Assembly: GCA_963828195.1 (NCBI GenBank)
Contig: CAWHDT010000007.1
Location: 224,001 to 288,000, forward strand
Direction of reading: 5' to 3'
Origin: Candidatus Bathyarchaeota archaeon
GTDB lineage: Archaea > Thermoproteota > Bathyarchaeia > Bathyarchaeales > Bathycorpusculaceae
DNA length: 64,000 nucleotides
This document shows, in pieces, positions 19,206 to 28,939 of this stretch. The notes under the pieces were generated by a model. It saw only the letters and a program-made list of their open reading frames with translations, was not told where the DNA came from and ran no database searches. The stretch's first letter is position 1; each line of letters opens with the position of its first letter. Position numbers and translations under genes: made by a program.

Positions 19206-21107
19206 TCAACCATGGAACTGAGGACGCTTAGACAGGTAGGTCGGCAGCGGCAAAGGCTTGAACGGTTTCCCAGCGATTTTCTCAGACACCTTAGCAATCA
19301 ACTCTTCAGCAGTCATGTTTTGCTGTTGACCCTTAAGCTCCCGGTCACGAACCGAAAGCATGCCTGACTCAACTTCTTTTTCGCCTACAACCACGATGTA
19401 GGGAACCCATTCCTGCTCAGCTTCACGGATTTTCTTCTGCAGCGTCGATGCACTGTCATCGATGTCAACTCGGATGCAGTGAGATTCTATTTGCTTAGCA
19501 AGCTCCTCTAACTTGTCAAGGTACTTGTCGGATATGGGGATAAGCCGCACCTGCGTCGGGGAAAGCCAAAGCGGAAGCATCGGCGCTTTACCAGCCATCT
19601 GTTCACGGTAAGCCTTCTCCAGCAGCGCGTAGATGTCTCGTTCGATGGCGCCGCTTGGGCTGCAGTGCAGAATCAGCGGGTACTGTTTTTCGCCTTTTTC
19701 GTCAACGTAGGTGATTTCGTAGCGCTTCGCGTTTTCCACGTCAATCTGGTCTGTGGATAGCGCCGCGGCTTTATCTTGGTTGTCCACGAAGTTGAGGTCC
19801 CATTTGAGGACGAAGTAGAAGAAACGTTCATTCCAAACTTCAGCCAACATGGGTTTGCCGTAGGCTTTGGCGATTTCACAGATGAACTCCCTGTGCTCAT
19901 CGTAGAAGCCCCTTGTGAAGCGCATAGCTATTTCGTAGTCGTCTTTTACAAGCCCGACGTTGTCCAGCACATCTATGCAGAGATTAAAGCGAACCATGAA
20001 TTCTTTCTTTGCCTGGTCAAGGTCAGCGCAGAAGGCGTGGCAGTCGGGCATAGTGAAGGCTCTTAAGCGTTTTAACCCGACGACTTCGCCGCTTTTCTCG
20101 CGCCTGAAACTGTAACGGGTCAACTCGTAGAGTTTGATAGGCAGCTGTTTGTAGCTTATTTGGGCGTCGTGAGCCATGAGAAACTGGCCGAAGCACGCTG
20201 CAAAACGCAGAAAAAGCTCTTTATCTTCAGATTTAAGGGTGTACTGGCGCGCTGGGAAACGGTTGAGGTAGCTTTTGAGGCTTGGATGGTTGAAGTCATA
20301 CATGATGGGAGTTTCAACTTCCATGCCGCCGTAAGCAGCGACGCGCATGGTCACGTATTGCTCAAGCAGAGACTTAATCATGCGGCCTTTGGGGTACCAG
20401 CGGATGTTGCCCGGGTCGCTTCCCGGCTCATAATCCGCTATCTCCAGCCTCTTCATCAAAGGCACATGAGGCGGCATCACAGTGACCGCACGGGTTTTTT
20501 TGATTTCATAGTTAGAGAACTTCTGCAGATTAACGAGACCTTTAAACTTGAATTCCTCAATGGGCACAAGCGTACCATCGGTTTGCAGTATGTGCCAGTA
20601 GGATTTCATCGTATCCTCAGCTTTCAGGGCTGCGGAGACCGGTTCCTCCTCTTTCTTACAAACAGCACCTTCGGCTTTAGCTTCCGCCGCCACAGGAGTG
20701 GGCGCGTAGCTGCGTGCCTGTTCAGCAAGCGGGTGCCCCTTTATGGAGATGGTGAATTGTTTGTTCCAGCCAAATGGAGCGCGGTAGGTTTCGATTCCTT
20801 TCTCTTTAGCGTAGGCTTCCATGGCTTTTACGATTTTGAGGGCTTCGCTTGGGTTGCTGAGGTTGCTGCTTAAATGGGCAAATGGGTAAATGAGGATGCG
20901 GTTGGTTTTCTGTTTGCCTAGGAAAGCGCGGATGTCGTTGATGGCGGTCTGAGCCGTCGCCACTGTGTCGCCTTCCTCTATCGCCGTGAACAGCACGACG
21001 ACTTCTTCTATGCGGTTCTCTTTTTGCTCCGCTTCCTCAGCTAGGGCGATTTCTTTTTGGATTGGTTTAAAAACTATAAAGTCCGAGTGTAACTGAAGTA
21101 TTCGCAT
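19206..21107 (-). CDS. thrS: Threonine--tRNA ligase (archaeal type with N-terminal editing domain)
   Basis: MRILQLHSD, YPFAHLS, RAPFGWNK, LRFAACFGQF, RAFTMPDCH, LHCSPSGAIER. Confidence 0.97.
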   Translation of the reverse strand: MRILQLHSDFIVFKPIQKEIALAEEAEQKENRIEEVVVLFTAIEEGDTVATAQTAINDIRAFLGKQKTNRILIYPFAHLSSNLSNPSEALKIVKAMEAYAKEKGIETYRAPFGWNKQFTISIKGHPLAEQARSYAPTPVAAEAKAEGAVCKKEEEPVSAALKAEDTMKSYWHILQTDGTLVPIEEFKFKGLVNLQKFSNYEIKKTRAVTVMPPHVPLMKRLEIADYEPGSDPGNIRWYPKGRMIKSLLEQYVTMRVAAYGGMEVETPIMYDFNHPSLKSYLNRFPARQYTLKSEDKELFLRFAACFGQFLMAHDAQISYKQLPIKLYELTRYSFRREKSGEVVGLKRLRAFTMPDCHAFCADLDQAKKEFMVRFNLCIDVLDNVGLVKDDYEIAMRFTRGFYDEHREFICEIAKAYGKPMLAEVWNERFFYFVLKWDLNFVDNQDKAAALSTDQIDVENAKRYEITYVDEKGEKQYPLILHCSPSGAIERDIYALLEKAYREQMAGKAPMLPLWLSPTQVRLIPISDKYLDKLEELAKQIESHCIRVDIDDSASTLQKKIREAEQEWVPYIVVVGEKEVESGMLSVRDRELKGQQQNMTAEELIAKVSEKIAGKPFKPLPLPTYLSKRPQFHG

Positions 21108-21122
21108 GGCATTTCACTCTTC

Positions 21123-21329
21123 TCAGTGACCGAAACGCCACTTATCAATCGTTTTGTCTTTTTTCGTTTTTTTCTTATACTCTTTATAATGTTCTTTGCA
21201 GAGGTACGCACGTTTTTCATTGCTGCTGACGCTTAAAACAGACTTGACTTTGTCAACCGACAGTGAACGGGCAGCCTCTCTGCCGCAGCCGGACACGTTG
21301 CATTTAACTCCTTTTTCTACGCGACCCAC
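21123..21329 (-). CDS. Small putative zinc-binding protein
   Basis: CNVSGC...YLCKEHY; co-oriented directly upstream of thrS. Confidence 0.75.
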   Translation of the reverse strand: MGRVEKGVKCNVSGCGREAARSLSVDKVKSVLSVSSNEKRAYLCKEHYKEYKKKTKKDKTIDKWRFGH

Positions 21330-21371
21330 AGTTAACGCCTCATCTATTCAAGTTTAATACGTAGATGCACG

Positions 21372-22295
21372 CTATTGCTTAAGTTCCTTTTCATACAGAA
21401 TTTTGGCTCTCTGATAAATTTTTTCTTTCGAGCCGAAATAGGTAGGTCCGGGTCCCTCCACAACCAACGAAGCCGCAGCTGAACCCACGCAGCTACACCA
21501 CACCGAATCTTTTCCGCGCAGGTACTCGGTTAAGAAGCCGCCCATGAAAACGTCTCCTGCCCCTGTCGGGTCCACAAGAACATCCGAGGGACAAGCAGCG
21601 ATGCTGTATTGTGCACCCTCCACGGAGAGCACAGAGCCTTTAGCGCCCATGGTAACGATGACGGTTTCAACTCCGACATCATGAATTGCTTTTATTGCAT
21701 GCTTCAAATCTGACTCGCCGGTAAGCGCGTAGATTTCGTTTTGTGATGACTTGTAAATGTTGATTAAACTGAAAATCCGGGTGTCTAAGGAAGCGTTTTC
21801 CGTCACGCCTCCGGCTTCGTTGAAGCTTCGAAGCATGCCCTGAGGGTCAAGCGATAAAACATCTGTGCAGTGCTTGAGCTGCTCAACCACTTCGAAGGAC
21901 ACTTCGTTGGCGATGGGCGCAATATGGATAGCTTTCGCCTGCAAACCCGCCTGCAAATCAGCCACGCAGATGGGGGCGCCTTTACTTTTCAACCGTAAAG
22001 TTCGCTCAGACAAATCCGCATTATAGGTCAACTCAAAGCTTGTGGTCGCCTCGTCTGCACGTTTGGTCACGCCTGAAAGGTCAATGCCTTCTTTTTGCAT
22101 CCACCACAGGTAGGCTTCGGGAAAATTCCCGCCGACCTTAGAAATTACAGAAGCCGACGCCTGCAGGCTTTTAGCCGCAAAAGAAGTATATGCTGCTGAG
22201 CCGCCTAAAACAACAAACGGGGCAGTTCTGCTAGGCAACAGAATTGTGTCTATTGAAAGGTGACCGATAACTGCCACATCAACGTTTTGAATCAC
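21372..22295 (-). CDS. PfkB family carbohydrate kinase
   Basis: GGSAAY N-terminal motif, VTMGAKG, DPTGAGDVFMGG anion hole; GTG start at 22295. Confidence 0.92.
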   Translation of the reverse strand: MIQNVDVAVIGHLSIDTILLPSRTAPFVVLGGSAAYTSFAAKSLQASASVISKVGGNFPEAYLWWMQKEGIDLSGVTKRADEATTSFELTYNADLSERTLRLKSKGAPICVADLQAGLQAKAIHIAPIANEVSFEVVEQLKHCTDVLSLDPQGMLRSFNEAGGVTENASLDTRIFSLINIYKSSQNEIYALTGESDLKHAIKAIHDVGVETVIVTMGAKGSVLSVEGAQYSIAACPSDVLVDPTGAGDVFMGGFLTEYLRGKDSVWCSCVGSAAASLVVEGPGPTYFGSKEKIYQRAKILYEKELKQ

Positions 22296-22351
22296 TACCC
22301 AAGCCCCTTCATCATTAATAGGACAACCCAAAGATATAAATGAAAATCGTC

Positions 22352-22717
22352 TCAGGATTGAAGAAGAAGTATAGCCTTCGCCAAGTCTCCCTGGCACTCC
22401 GTAAGAGCTTCTTTCGCTTTCTCAGGGCTTTTGCCCGTTTGATCCGCCACCAGCCTCACATCCTCCTCGGAGAACATTGGCTGCGCTGCCTTAGCTGCTT
22501 GGTGTTGGCCTGGCGCTTGCTCTGAAACTTGGCCGCCGATGACCTGGTACATTTTTTGTCCCTGCACCTCTAAAATCGCAACTTCAGGCTCATCGATAAC
22601 AATGTCTTTGCTGCTTGTCCTGATTATGACTTGTTGAACTTCAGGCACAGAATCCATATTCATGCCCATACGCTGCATCAAACGTTTCTGTTCCCTGGGA
22701 TTCATCCGCTTATGCAT
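22352..22717 (-). CDS. nac: Nascent polypeptide-associated complex protein
   Basis: MNPREQKRLMQRMG NAC domain; UBA-like EEDVRLVADQTG..GDLAKAI. Confidence 0.93.
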   Translation of the reverse strand: MHKRMNPREQKRLMQRMGMNMDSVPEVQQVIIRTSSKDIVIDEPEVAILEVQGQKMYQVIGGQVSEQAPGQHQAAKAAQPMFSEEDVRLVADQTGKSPEKAKEALTECQGDLAKAILLLQS

Positions 22718-22763
22718 AAACTTCACTACATTGAACTACTCTGCTATGAAACTTCATATAAAC

Positions 22764-23231
22764 TTAACTTTTATTTACGCCATGACGCACCTTGACAGCA
22801 ACACCAGTTTTAAAAGCCGTCATCTCCGCGCTTGAAAGCATAGCTCGCCCAACAGCCAAAACGCTGCCCGATTCATCCCTAACGATGACCTCGTCTTTAG
22901 CGCGGATTTCCTCGTCCACTTTGACTACGTGCACCGCAAAAACATCCCCGCCCGCCGCGATGAATTTTGAAACGTCGGTTTGCACGGTGACAAAGCATTT
23001 GGCGAGGGGTAAGTTTTCAGCTATGAACTTGGCTGCTTTGACGCTCAGAGAATACATGCTGTCGGTGGGGCGCAGTGTAGCTAGTCTTTCGCCGTTTAAG
23101 CTGATGAAGCGTATTCTTCCTGTTCTGGGAGACAGTTGGATTTGGATGTTTTCGGGAAAAAGCTTTGCGCCTACGCCTCGTCCAAACTGGTAGTCAGCAA
23201 TCGCCCGTACCTTGCCAAGTTCGTTCTCCAC
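22764..23231 (-). CDS. Stand-alone PUA-domain protein (archaeosine TGT C-terminal-like)
   Basis: IADYQFG, SPRTGRIR, DVFAVHV, DEVIV..LAVGRA, GVAVKVRHG. Confidence 0.88.
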   Translation of the reverse strand: MENELGKVRAIADYQFGRGVGAKLFPENIQIQLSPRTGRIRFISLNGERLATLRPTDSMYSLSVKAAKFIAENLPLAKCFVTVQTDVSKFIAAGGDVFAVHVVKVDEEIRAKDEVIVRDESGSVLAVGRAMLSSAEMTAFKTGVAVKVRHGVNKS

Positions 23232-23311
23232 GTTTCCACCGTCGAGGATTTTATTTTCGACAAGTATAAACATAACAAGATAATAAAGACAGTGAAAGGT
23301 GAAAGGTTACA

Positions 23312-23845
23312 TTGAGATGCGAAGTCTGCGGACACAAAATTCATGATGAACCCATAACGGCAGTGATTGAAGGAGCCAGACTAACCGTATGCGTTGAATG
23401 CTCAAAGCATGGAAAAATCGTCCATCAAGAAGAAGTGCCCCTGGCGACGCAAAAGAGCCCCCAAAAACCGCAAGCCCCCCCATCGCTGGTTCAGAGAAAA
23501 CCAGTTGTTGCAAGAGTTGAAATGACGCAGGAAATCACCGAGGACTACGCGACCAAAATACGGGTGGCGCGGGAAAAACTCGGTCTTACCCACGAGGAAC
23601 TGGGCAAAAAAATAAACGAGAAAGCCTCGGTTCTACGAAATCTTGAAGCCCGCAAAATGGCGCCCAACAACCAGTTAGCCTCAAAGCTTGAGCACATGTT
23701 AAAAATCAAGCTGCTTGTTCCCATCTCCGAAGAAAAAATTCCTCCTCCAACCTCGAAGTCCGCTAACCAAGAAATAACCTTGGGCGACCTCATCGAGATA
23801 GACAACAAGGACGAGGAGGCGGCTAACAAACGAAAGCCGTCATAG
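23312..23845 (+). CDS. mbf1: Archaeal multiprotein bridging factor 1
   Basis: CEVCG..VCVECS zinc ribbon; HTH IRVAREKLGLTHEELG; TLGDL motif. Confidence 0.92.
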   Translation: MRCEVCGHKIHDEPITAVIEGARLTVCVECSKHGKIVHQEEVPLATQKSPQKPQAPPSLVQRKPVVARVEMTQEITEDYATKIRVAREKLGLTHEELGKKINEKASVLRNLEARKMAPNNQLASKLEHMLKIKLLVPISEEKIPPPTSKSANQEITLGDLIEIDNKDEEAANKRKPS

Positions 23846-25101
23846 TTCAGCGCAGGCTAAACCGTGAAGAATCAAGTTTAGATGAGCTGAAAAGATTAGC
23901 TGAAGCAGCCGGATACACCGTTGTCGCCACGCTGGAGCAGACCAGGCCGCCCGACGCACGGTACCAAATAGGCGCCGGAAAAGTTGAGGAACTCGCGCAG
24001 ATGGTGCAGGAAAACGATGCGGGAAAAGTGATTTTTGACAACCAACTCAAAACCCGCCAAACATACAACCTCGCCAAAGCAACCCACGTCGAAGTCATCG
24101 ACCGCTTCCAGCTTATACTGGAGCTCTTCAACAGGCGAGCCACAACCACAGAAGCCCAACTTCAAATCCAGCTAGCTACCCTGCGAAATGAACTCAAACA
24201 CGCCAAAGAAAAAGTCAGGTTAGCCAAAGGAAGCGAGCAGCCAGGCTTCATGGGTCTTGGCGCTTACGAAGCAGACGTTTACCGCGACGCCATAAAACGG
24301 CAGGTCCAAACAATCCTCAAGAAACTGGAGAAAATCCGCGAAAAAAGGGTTCTGCATCGGGAGAGGCGAACAGAGCTTGGCTTATTGACTATTTCGCTTG
24401 CCGGATACACAAAGTCTGGAAAAAGCAGCCTGTTTAACGCTTTAGCCGAAGAAACCGTTGAAGTTGACAAAGCCTTATTCACCACCCTCTCCACAACCAC
24501 GCGGATGGTGCAGTTCTGCAACCGCAAATTCCTCTTAACCGACACCGTGGGCTTCATCGACCGCCTACCCCTGTCGCTCATCGAAGCGTTCCACTCCACC
24601 CTTGAAGAAACCATTTTTTCAGACCTCATCATCCTGGTTGTAGATTTAAACGAGCCCATGGAGAAAATCGAGAAGAAACTCGACGTCTGCAACGAAACAA
24701 TCGACCGCCTCGGCGCAGCAGGCATCCCCACCATAACCGCCCTAAACAAAATAGACCTAATCGCTGAAGCGGAAATAACCCAGAAACTCGAAGCCCTCAA
24801 AGACAAAATCAAAAAACCCATTCTCCTCTCGGCAAAATGCAGAATAAACCTAGACCAGCTGCGAGAGCAAATTCTTAAAATTCTGGAAAAGTACGTTCAA
24901 GCCCAATTCTGTGTCCCGCTGACCAACAGCGCCATGCCCTTCATTTCGTGGGTGCACGGCAAAACAGAAGTCAAAAAAGAAGTTTTCACCAACGATTCAA
25001 TCCAAGTGGAGTTTGAAGCGACGCCCGAGTTAAGTGAGCAAGTGAGAAGAAAAGTGGAAGACCTGCATGGCAAATTCACAATCAACCAAAAAACCAGATA
25101 A
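23830..25101 (+). CDS. hflX: GTPase HflX (putative ACG start)
   Basis: GYTKSGKSS, LFTTL, DTVGF, NKID; N-terminal domain ELKRLAEAAGY..YQIGAGKVEEL lies in frame upstream of ATG 24001, back to TAA 23824-23826. Confidence 0.92.
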   Translation, partial: TKAVIVQRRLNREESSLDELKRLAEAAGYTVVATLEQTRPPDARYQIGAGKVEELAQMVQENDAGKVIFDNQLKTRQTYNLAKATHVEVIDRFQLILELFNRRATTTEAQLQIQLATLRNELKHAKEKVRLAKGSEQPGFMGLGAYEADVYRDAIKRQVQTILKKLEKIREKRVLHRERRTELGLLTISLAGYTKSGKSSLFNALAEETVEVDKALFTTLSTTTRMVQFCNRKFLLTDTVGFIDRLPLSLIEAFHSTLEETIFSDLIILVVDLNEPMEKIEKKLDVCNETIDRLGAAGIPTITALNKIDLIAEAEITQKLEALKDKIKKPILLSAKCRINLDQLREQILKILEKYVQAQFCVPLTNSAMPFISWVHGKTEVKKEVFTNDSIQVEFEATPELSEQVRRKVEDLHGKFTINQKTR

Positions 25102-25654
25102 CCCCCCCAAAATCGTAGTTTTAAGATGGGGACACAGACCGCAGCGGGATGTACGCTTAACCACACACGTTGCCTTAACTGCAAGGGCACTTTGCGCCTC
25201 AGGATTCATACTCTCCGACGTAGAAGACAAAAACATAGAGCAAACCGTAAAAAAAATAACTGCGCATTGGGGCGGCACCTTCCAGTTCGAAATGGGCATC
25301 CCATGGAAAAAAGTTGTCCGCGACTGGAAAGCGAGTGGCGGCATCGTGGTTCATCTGACGGCTTACGGAGAAAACATCCAAACAAGCGACGCCCTAAACA
25401 GAATAAAAAACACAAACAAAAACATCCTGCTCCTCGTCGGAAGCCAAAAAGTCCCAGGCGAATTCTACTCCAACGAAGTATCAGATTTTAACGTGGGAGT
25501 TGGAAATCAGCCCCATTCGGAATGTGCTGCGCTCGCCGTTTTCCTGGATCGTTTTTTTGCTGGTGAAGAGTTGGCTAAGGATTTCGGTGGAGCGAAAATG
25601 AAGATTGTGCCGTCTGCAAGAGGAAAGAAAATAAAAAACGACTCGGATCCCTGA
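25067..25654 (+). CDS. trm56: tRNA (cytidine56-2'-O)-methyltransferase
   Basis: LRWGHRPQRDVRLTTHVALTARA, VHLTAYG, GSQKVP, GNQPHSE. Confidence 0.95.
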   Translation: MANSQSTKKPDNPPKIVVLRWGHRPQRDVRLTTHVALTARALCASGFILSDVEDKNIEQTVKKITAHWGGTFQFEMGIPWKKVVRDWKASGGIVVHLTAYGENIQTSDALNRIKNTNKNILLLVGSQKVPGEFYSNEVSDFNVGVGNQPHSECAALAVFLDRFFAGEELAKDFGGAKMKIVPSARGKKIKNDSDP

Positions 25655-25872
25655 TTAGTTCTTTTTAATTTTCTAGTGATATTCCAATGTTTTTAGGCGA
25701 ATGGAGGCTACGCATCATAGCCTGCCTTTCAGTCCCAAAACACAAGCGGCGTTGCATTTGCTCCATTCTGTTTCCTAAAATTACATTATAGGAAACGCTA
25801 AAAGCCTATTAACGCATAAATATATTTACCGACCGTTAAGTATAATTGTTTGGGCTTTCAGGGGGTAAAGCT

Positions 25873-28680
25873 TTGGAAGACGAAAAGGTAAAGATAAAAC
25901 GGACCTATGGTTATGATATTCTAATAAATACATTCGAACCTTTTCTTAGAAGTTATGCCTTAAAAGTAATCTCTGCAAATTACGGTTTAGATTGGCAAAA
26001 ACATATTCCTCAAGGTGTAATCAACCAAGTTTTAGAAACTGGAAATTTAGAAAAAAATAAGAATTACGAAGTTGACGATTTTTTCAATGAATTGACTTTC
26101 CTAAATTTAAAGGACATACTATTAGCACTAGACAATTTCAAACTCTTTAAGGAATTTTTTGGAGCAATAAGTAAAGAAAAATTCGCAGAAACGATGGATG
26201 ATTTGAACATTTTTCGTCGGAAAATAGCACACTGCGGAGCTTTTAGTGAATTGGACTTGACAACACTAAAAGAGCACATAACCTTACTGAGCCAAGGTTC
26301 AGATGCAAAAGAGGTAAGGCAATACCTCGAAAATGAAGCTTACAAAAATGCGAAAGAAATACCCACCGAATTTTTTGAAGAGTATGATTTGCCCAATAAC
26401 TTGCCCCCAGAATCCTATGACCTTGACGGTGGCTTTGTTGGAAGGGAGAAAGAAATAAGGGCAATTAAGTCCTACATTAAATCTGGCGAAGACCGAGTTA
26501 TTACAATTACAGGCGCCGGTGGTGTAGGCAAAACTGCGATTGCCCTACGCATAGCTTATGCTTTTTTATGTGACCCTCAGACAAACTTTAGCGCAATATT
26601 GTGGTTTAGCGCTAAAAGGAATAAACTTACTGATGAAGGAATAGTTCCTATTAATCCGGAAATAACAAGTCACGAGAAATTGCTTAAAGATATAATCGGA
26701 GTACTCAGTAAGCCAACGCTTGATAGTTTCTTAAAGGCAAACGTTACTCTTCAGTCATATGCTGATTTTCTTAATGATTACTTCAAAAATAACAAATGCT
26801 TGTTAATCATAGATAATCTAGAGACTATCCTAAAGGATCAAGCTCTAATTCAATTTATTGAAGAAATTCCTCGTCCATCTCAGGTTCTAATTACTAGCAG
26901 AAAAGGTCTGGGCGAATTTGAGCGCAGGTACCCTGTTGGAGATATGCTTGATAAAGATGCATTAGGATTGTTTCGTATAGTGGCTAAGGAGAAGAATTTA
27001 ACTGATTTACAAAAGCTTGACAATGAATCAATACTAAAATTGGCCCGACGAGTAAGATGTTATCCTTTGTTAATCAAATGGGCAATCGGTCAAGTTGGTC
27101 TAGGAAAAGAAATTGAAAGAGCCTTTTCTCAGATATTCTCTGGGGAAAGTGAAATTGCAAAATTCGCCTTTGATGACATATTTAAAATGCTCTCGCCAAA
27201 TGCAGTGACTTTGTTATACTGCATGATTATATACGGTGATAAGCCGATTTCAAAGTCTATTTTGGCGCATTTAGCGAAACTAGGCGATGAGCAAACCGAG
27301 GAAGCCATCAAAGAATTAACTTTAGCGTCATTTGTTTTTCCCCAAATTCGCGTAGTTGAACAAGGGATGATGACAGAGTACACGATGCTCGAATTAACAC
27401 GTGGTTTTATAGAAGATAAACTGGATGAAGACGAAAGTTTAAGACAAGTATTATCCACGAGATTGTACCACTTGACAGAACAAATAACGGAATTCGAAAA
27501 GTCAAAAACGATTTATTCCCAATCTCTATTCCACTTGGGAATTAAAACTTTAGAGGAACAGATTGCTTTTAACTATGTAAAGGCTGCAAAGAATTTTTAT
27601 TTTCATGATGATGTTGTTAATGCTCAAAAAAACTTCGAACGGGCAGCCGAGACAGCACCCAACTTTTCATATGTTTTTACTGAATATTCAAAATTTAACT
27701 ACTCAAGGGGGCATATTGCTGATTCGCTGAAGCTGGCTGAAAAAGCGGTAACATCAAACCCTGCTAGTTTTCATGCCTGGTTTACCTACGGTTTACTTTT
27801 AGAACGTGTTTACAAATACAAAGAAGCATTAGAATGTCTTGAACGTGCAAAAAAGCTTAATCCGGGTCATTCGCCGATTTTCGAAGAAATGGGTCGCGTA
27901 TACATGATGATAGGAATGTATGACAAAGCCGAAATAGAGCTTACTACTGCTTTGAAAGACGAACAGTTGCCAAATAATAAAGATAGAGTGTATACGCTTG
28001 ATTGCATGGCTGAGAATTACAAGAGATGGGCTAAGGCAAGTTTTGAAAGGCAAGATTACGATGGTCAGATGAACTTCTTAAATAAGGCTTTGGACAATAT
28101 CGTACAAGCAATCGAATTAAGTCCTTCAAAACGTAAATTTCAAGAATCGTTTTTTAGAATAAGTGTGGACAAAGGAATTGCAACAACTAAAAAAGACGGT
28201 TTTGCTAGTGGAAAACTAATTCTAGAGAGATGCATAAACCAAGTCCAAATTGGAAAGCAATTGATAGCGCCAAACGATTATATTATTTCAAGAGCTTATT
28301 ATTACCTTGCATTATTGGGAAATAGAGACCCCACTACTCCAAAGGACCAGATAAATAAATGGATTGGTTTTGGCTTAGAAAAAGTACAAGACGATCGGCT
28401 AAAAATCCGATTAACTCAACTCAAAGAGCGCATGGATGGAAAAACAAAAACAAAGCACAGAAAAATTGGGAAAATCATAAAAATAGGTAACAAACACAAT
28501 TTTGGAATTATAGAATCAATTGGGGAAAGTTACTTATTTTTACCCAGCGGGTTCAGGACGCCTTTACCTGAGGAGCACTGGCAATATTTGATGGGTAAAG
28601 AAGTATCATATTCACTTAGTGCCGGAAAAAGCGGAAAAGCAATCGCTGTAGATATAGTAATAATGCCATCAAATAATTGA
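25873..28680 (+). CDS. HEPN (Swt1-like) + STAND/NB-ARC NTPase + TPR repeats + C-terminal cold-shock/OB-like domain
   Basis: RRKIAH (Rx4H), NNLP..FVGREKE, GAGGVGKT Walker A, LLIIDNLE Walker B, VLITSR, CYPLLI, TPRs (AWFTYGLLL..EALECLERAKKLNP), C-terminal GKII..NFGII..GKEVSY; TTG 25873 after GGGGGT (ORF open from 25846). Confidence 0.8.
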   Translation: MEDEKVKIKRTYGYDILINTFEPFLRSYALKVISANYGLDWQKHIPQGVINQVLETGNLEKNKNYEVDDFFNELTFLNLKDILLALDNFKLFKEFFGAISKEKFAETMDDLNIFRRKIAHCGAFSELDLTTLKEHITLLSQGSDAKEVRQYLENEAYKNAKEIPTEFFEEYDLPNNLPPESYDLDGGFVGREKEIRAIKSYIKSGEDRVITITGAGGVGKTAIALRIAYAFLCDPQTNFSAILWFSAKRNKLTDEGIVPINPEITSHEKLLKDIIGVLSKPTLDSFLKANVTLQSYADFLNDYFKNNKCLLIIDNLETILKDQALIQFIEEIPRPSQVLITSRKGLGEFERRYPVGDMLDKDALGLFRIVAKEKNLTDLQKLDNESILKLARRVRCYPLLIKWAIGQVGLGKEIERAFSQIFSGESEIAKFAFDDIFKMLSPNAVTLLYCMIIYGDKPISKSILAHLAKLGDEQTEEAIKELTLASFVFPQIRVVEQGMMTEYTMLELTRGFIEDKLDEDESLRQVLSTRLYHLTEQITEFEKSKTIYSQSLFHLGIKTLEEQIAFNYVKAAKNFYFHDDVVNAQKNFERAAETAPNFSYVFTEYSKFNYSRGHIADSLKLAEKAVTSNPASFHAWFTYGLLLERVYKYKEALECLERAKKLNPGHSPIFEEMGRVYMMIGMYDKAEIELTTALKDEQLPNNKDRVYTLDCMAENYKRWAKASFERQDYDGQMNFLNKALDNIVQAIELSPSKRKFQESFFRISVDKGIATTKKDGFASGKLILERCINQVQIGKQLIAPNDYIISRAYYYLALLGNRDPTTPKDQINKWIGFGLEKVQDDRLKIRLTQLKERMDGKTKTKHRKIGKIIKIGNKHNFGIIESIGESYLFLPSGFRTPLPEEHWQYLMGKEVSYSLSAGKSGKAIAVDIVIMPSNN

Positions 28681-28939
28681 CGCTATCCCGAGAAATTATA
28701 CGTTTTGCAAATCTCTACAAATAGTTAAAAATCTGTTTTCTCTCTTCCAAATCAAACCTTCTTTGCACATGAAGGCAGTTATAATACTTTTGACTTATTT
28801 GATTTATGCCTTCTAATGCATTTCCCAAAATAGGATTTTAGGAAATATAGAGCAAAACTAAACATTGCATCATAGAATGATATGAATCAATAACTCAATT
28901 ATATGAAGGGACAAACAAATGCTGAATTTTTAGATGACA

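Noticed and set aside
20160-20873. Long antisense ORFs (20160..20873, 24279..24821, 45086..45649, 57912..58451)
   Set aside because: Shadow frames opposite well-supported genes, with no recognisable motifs.
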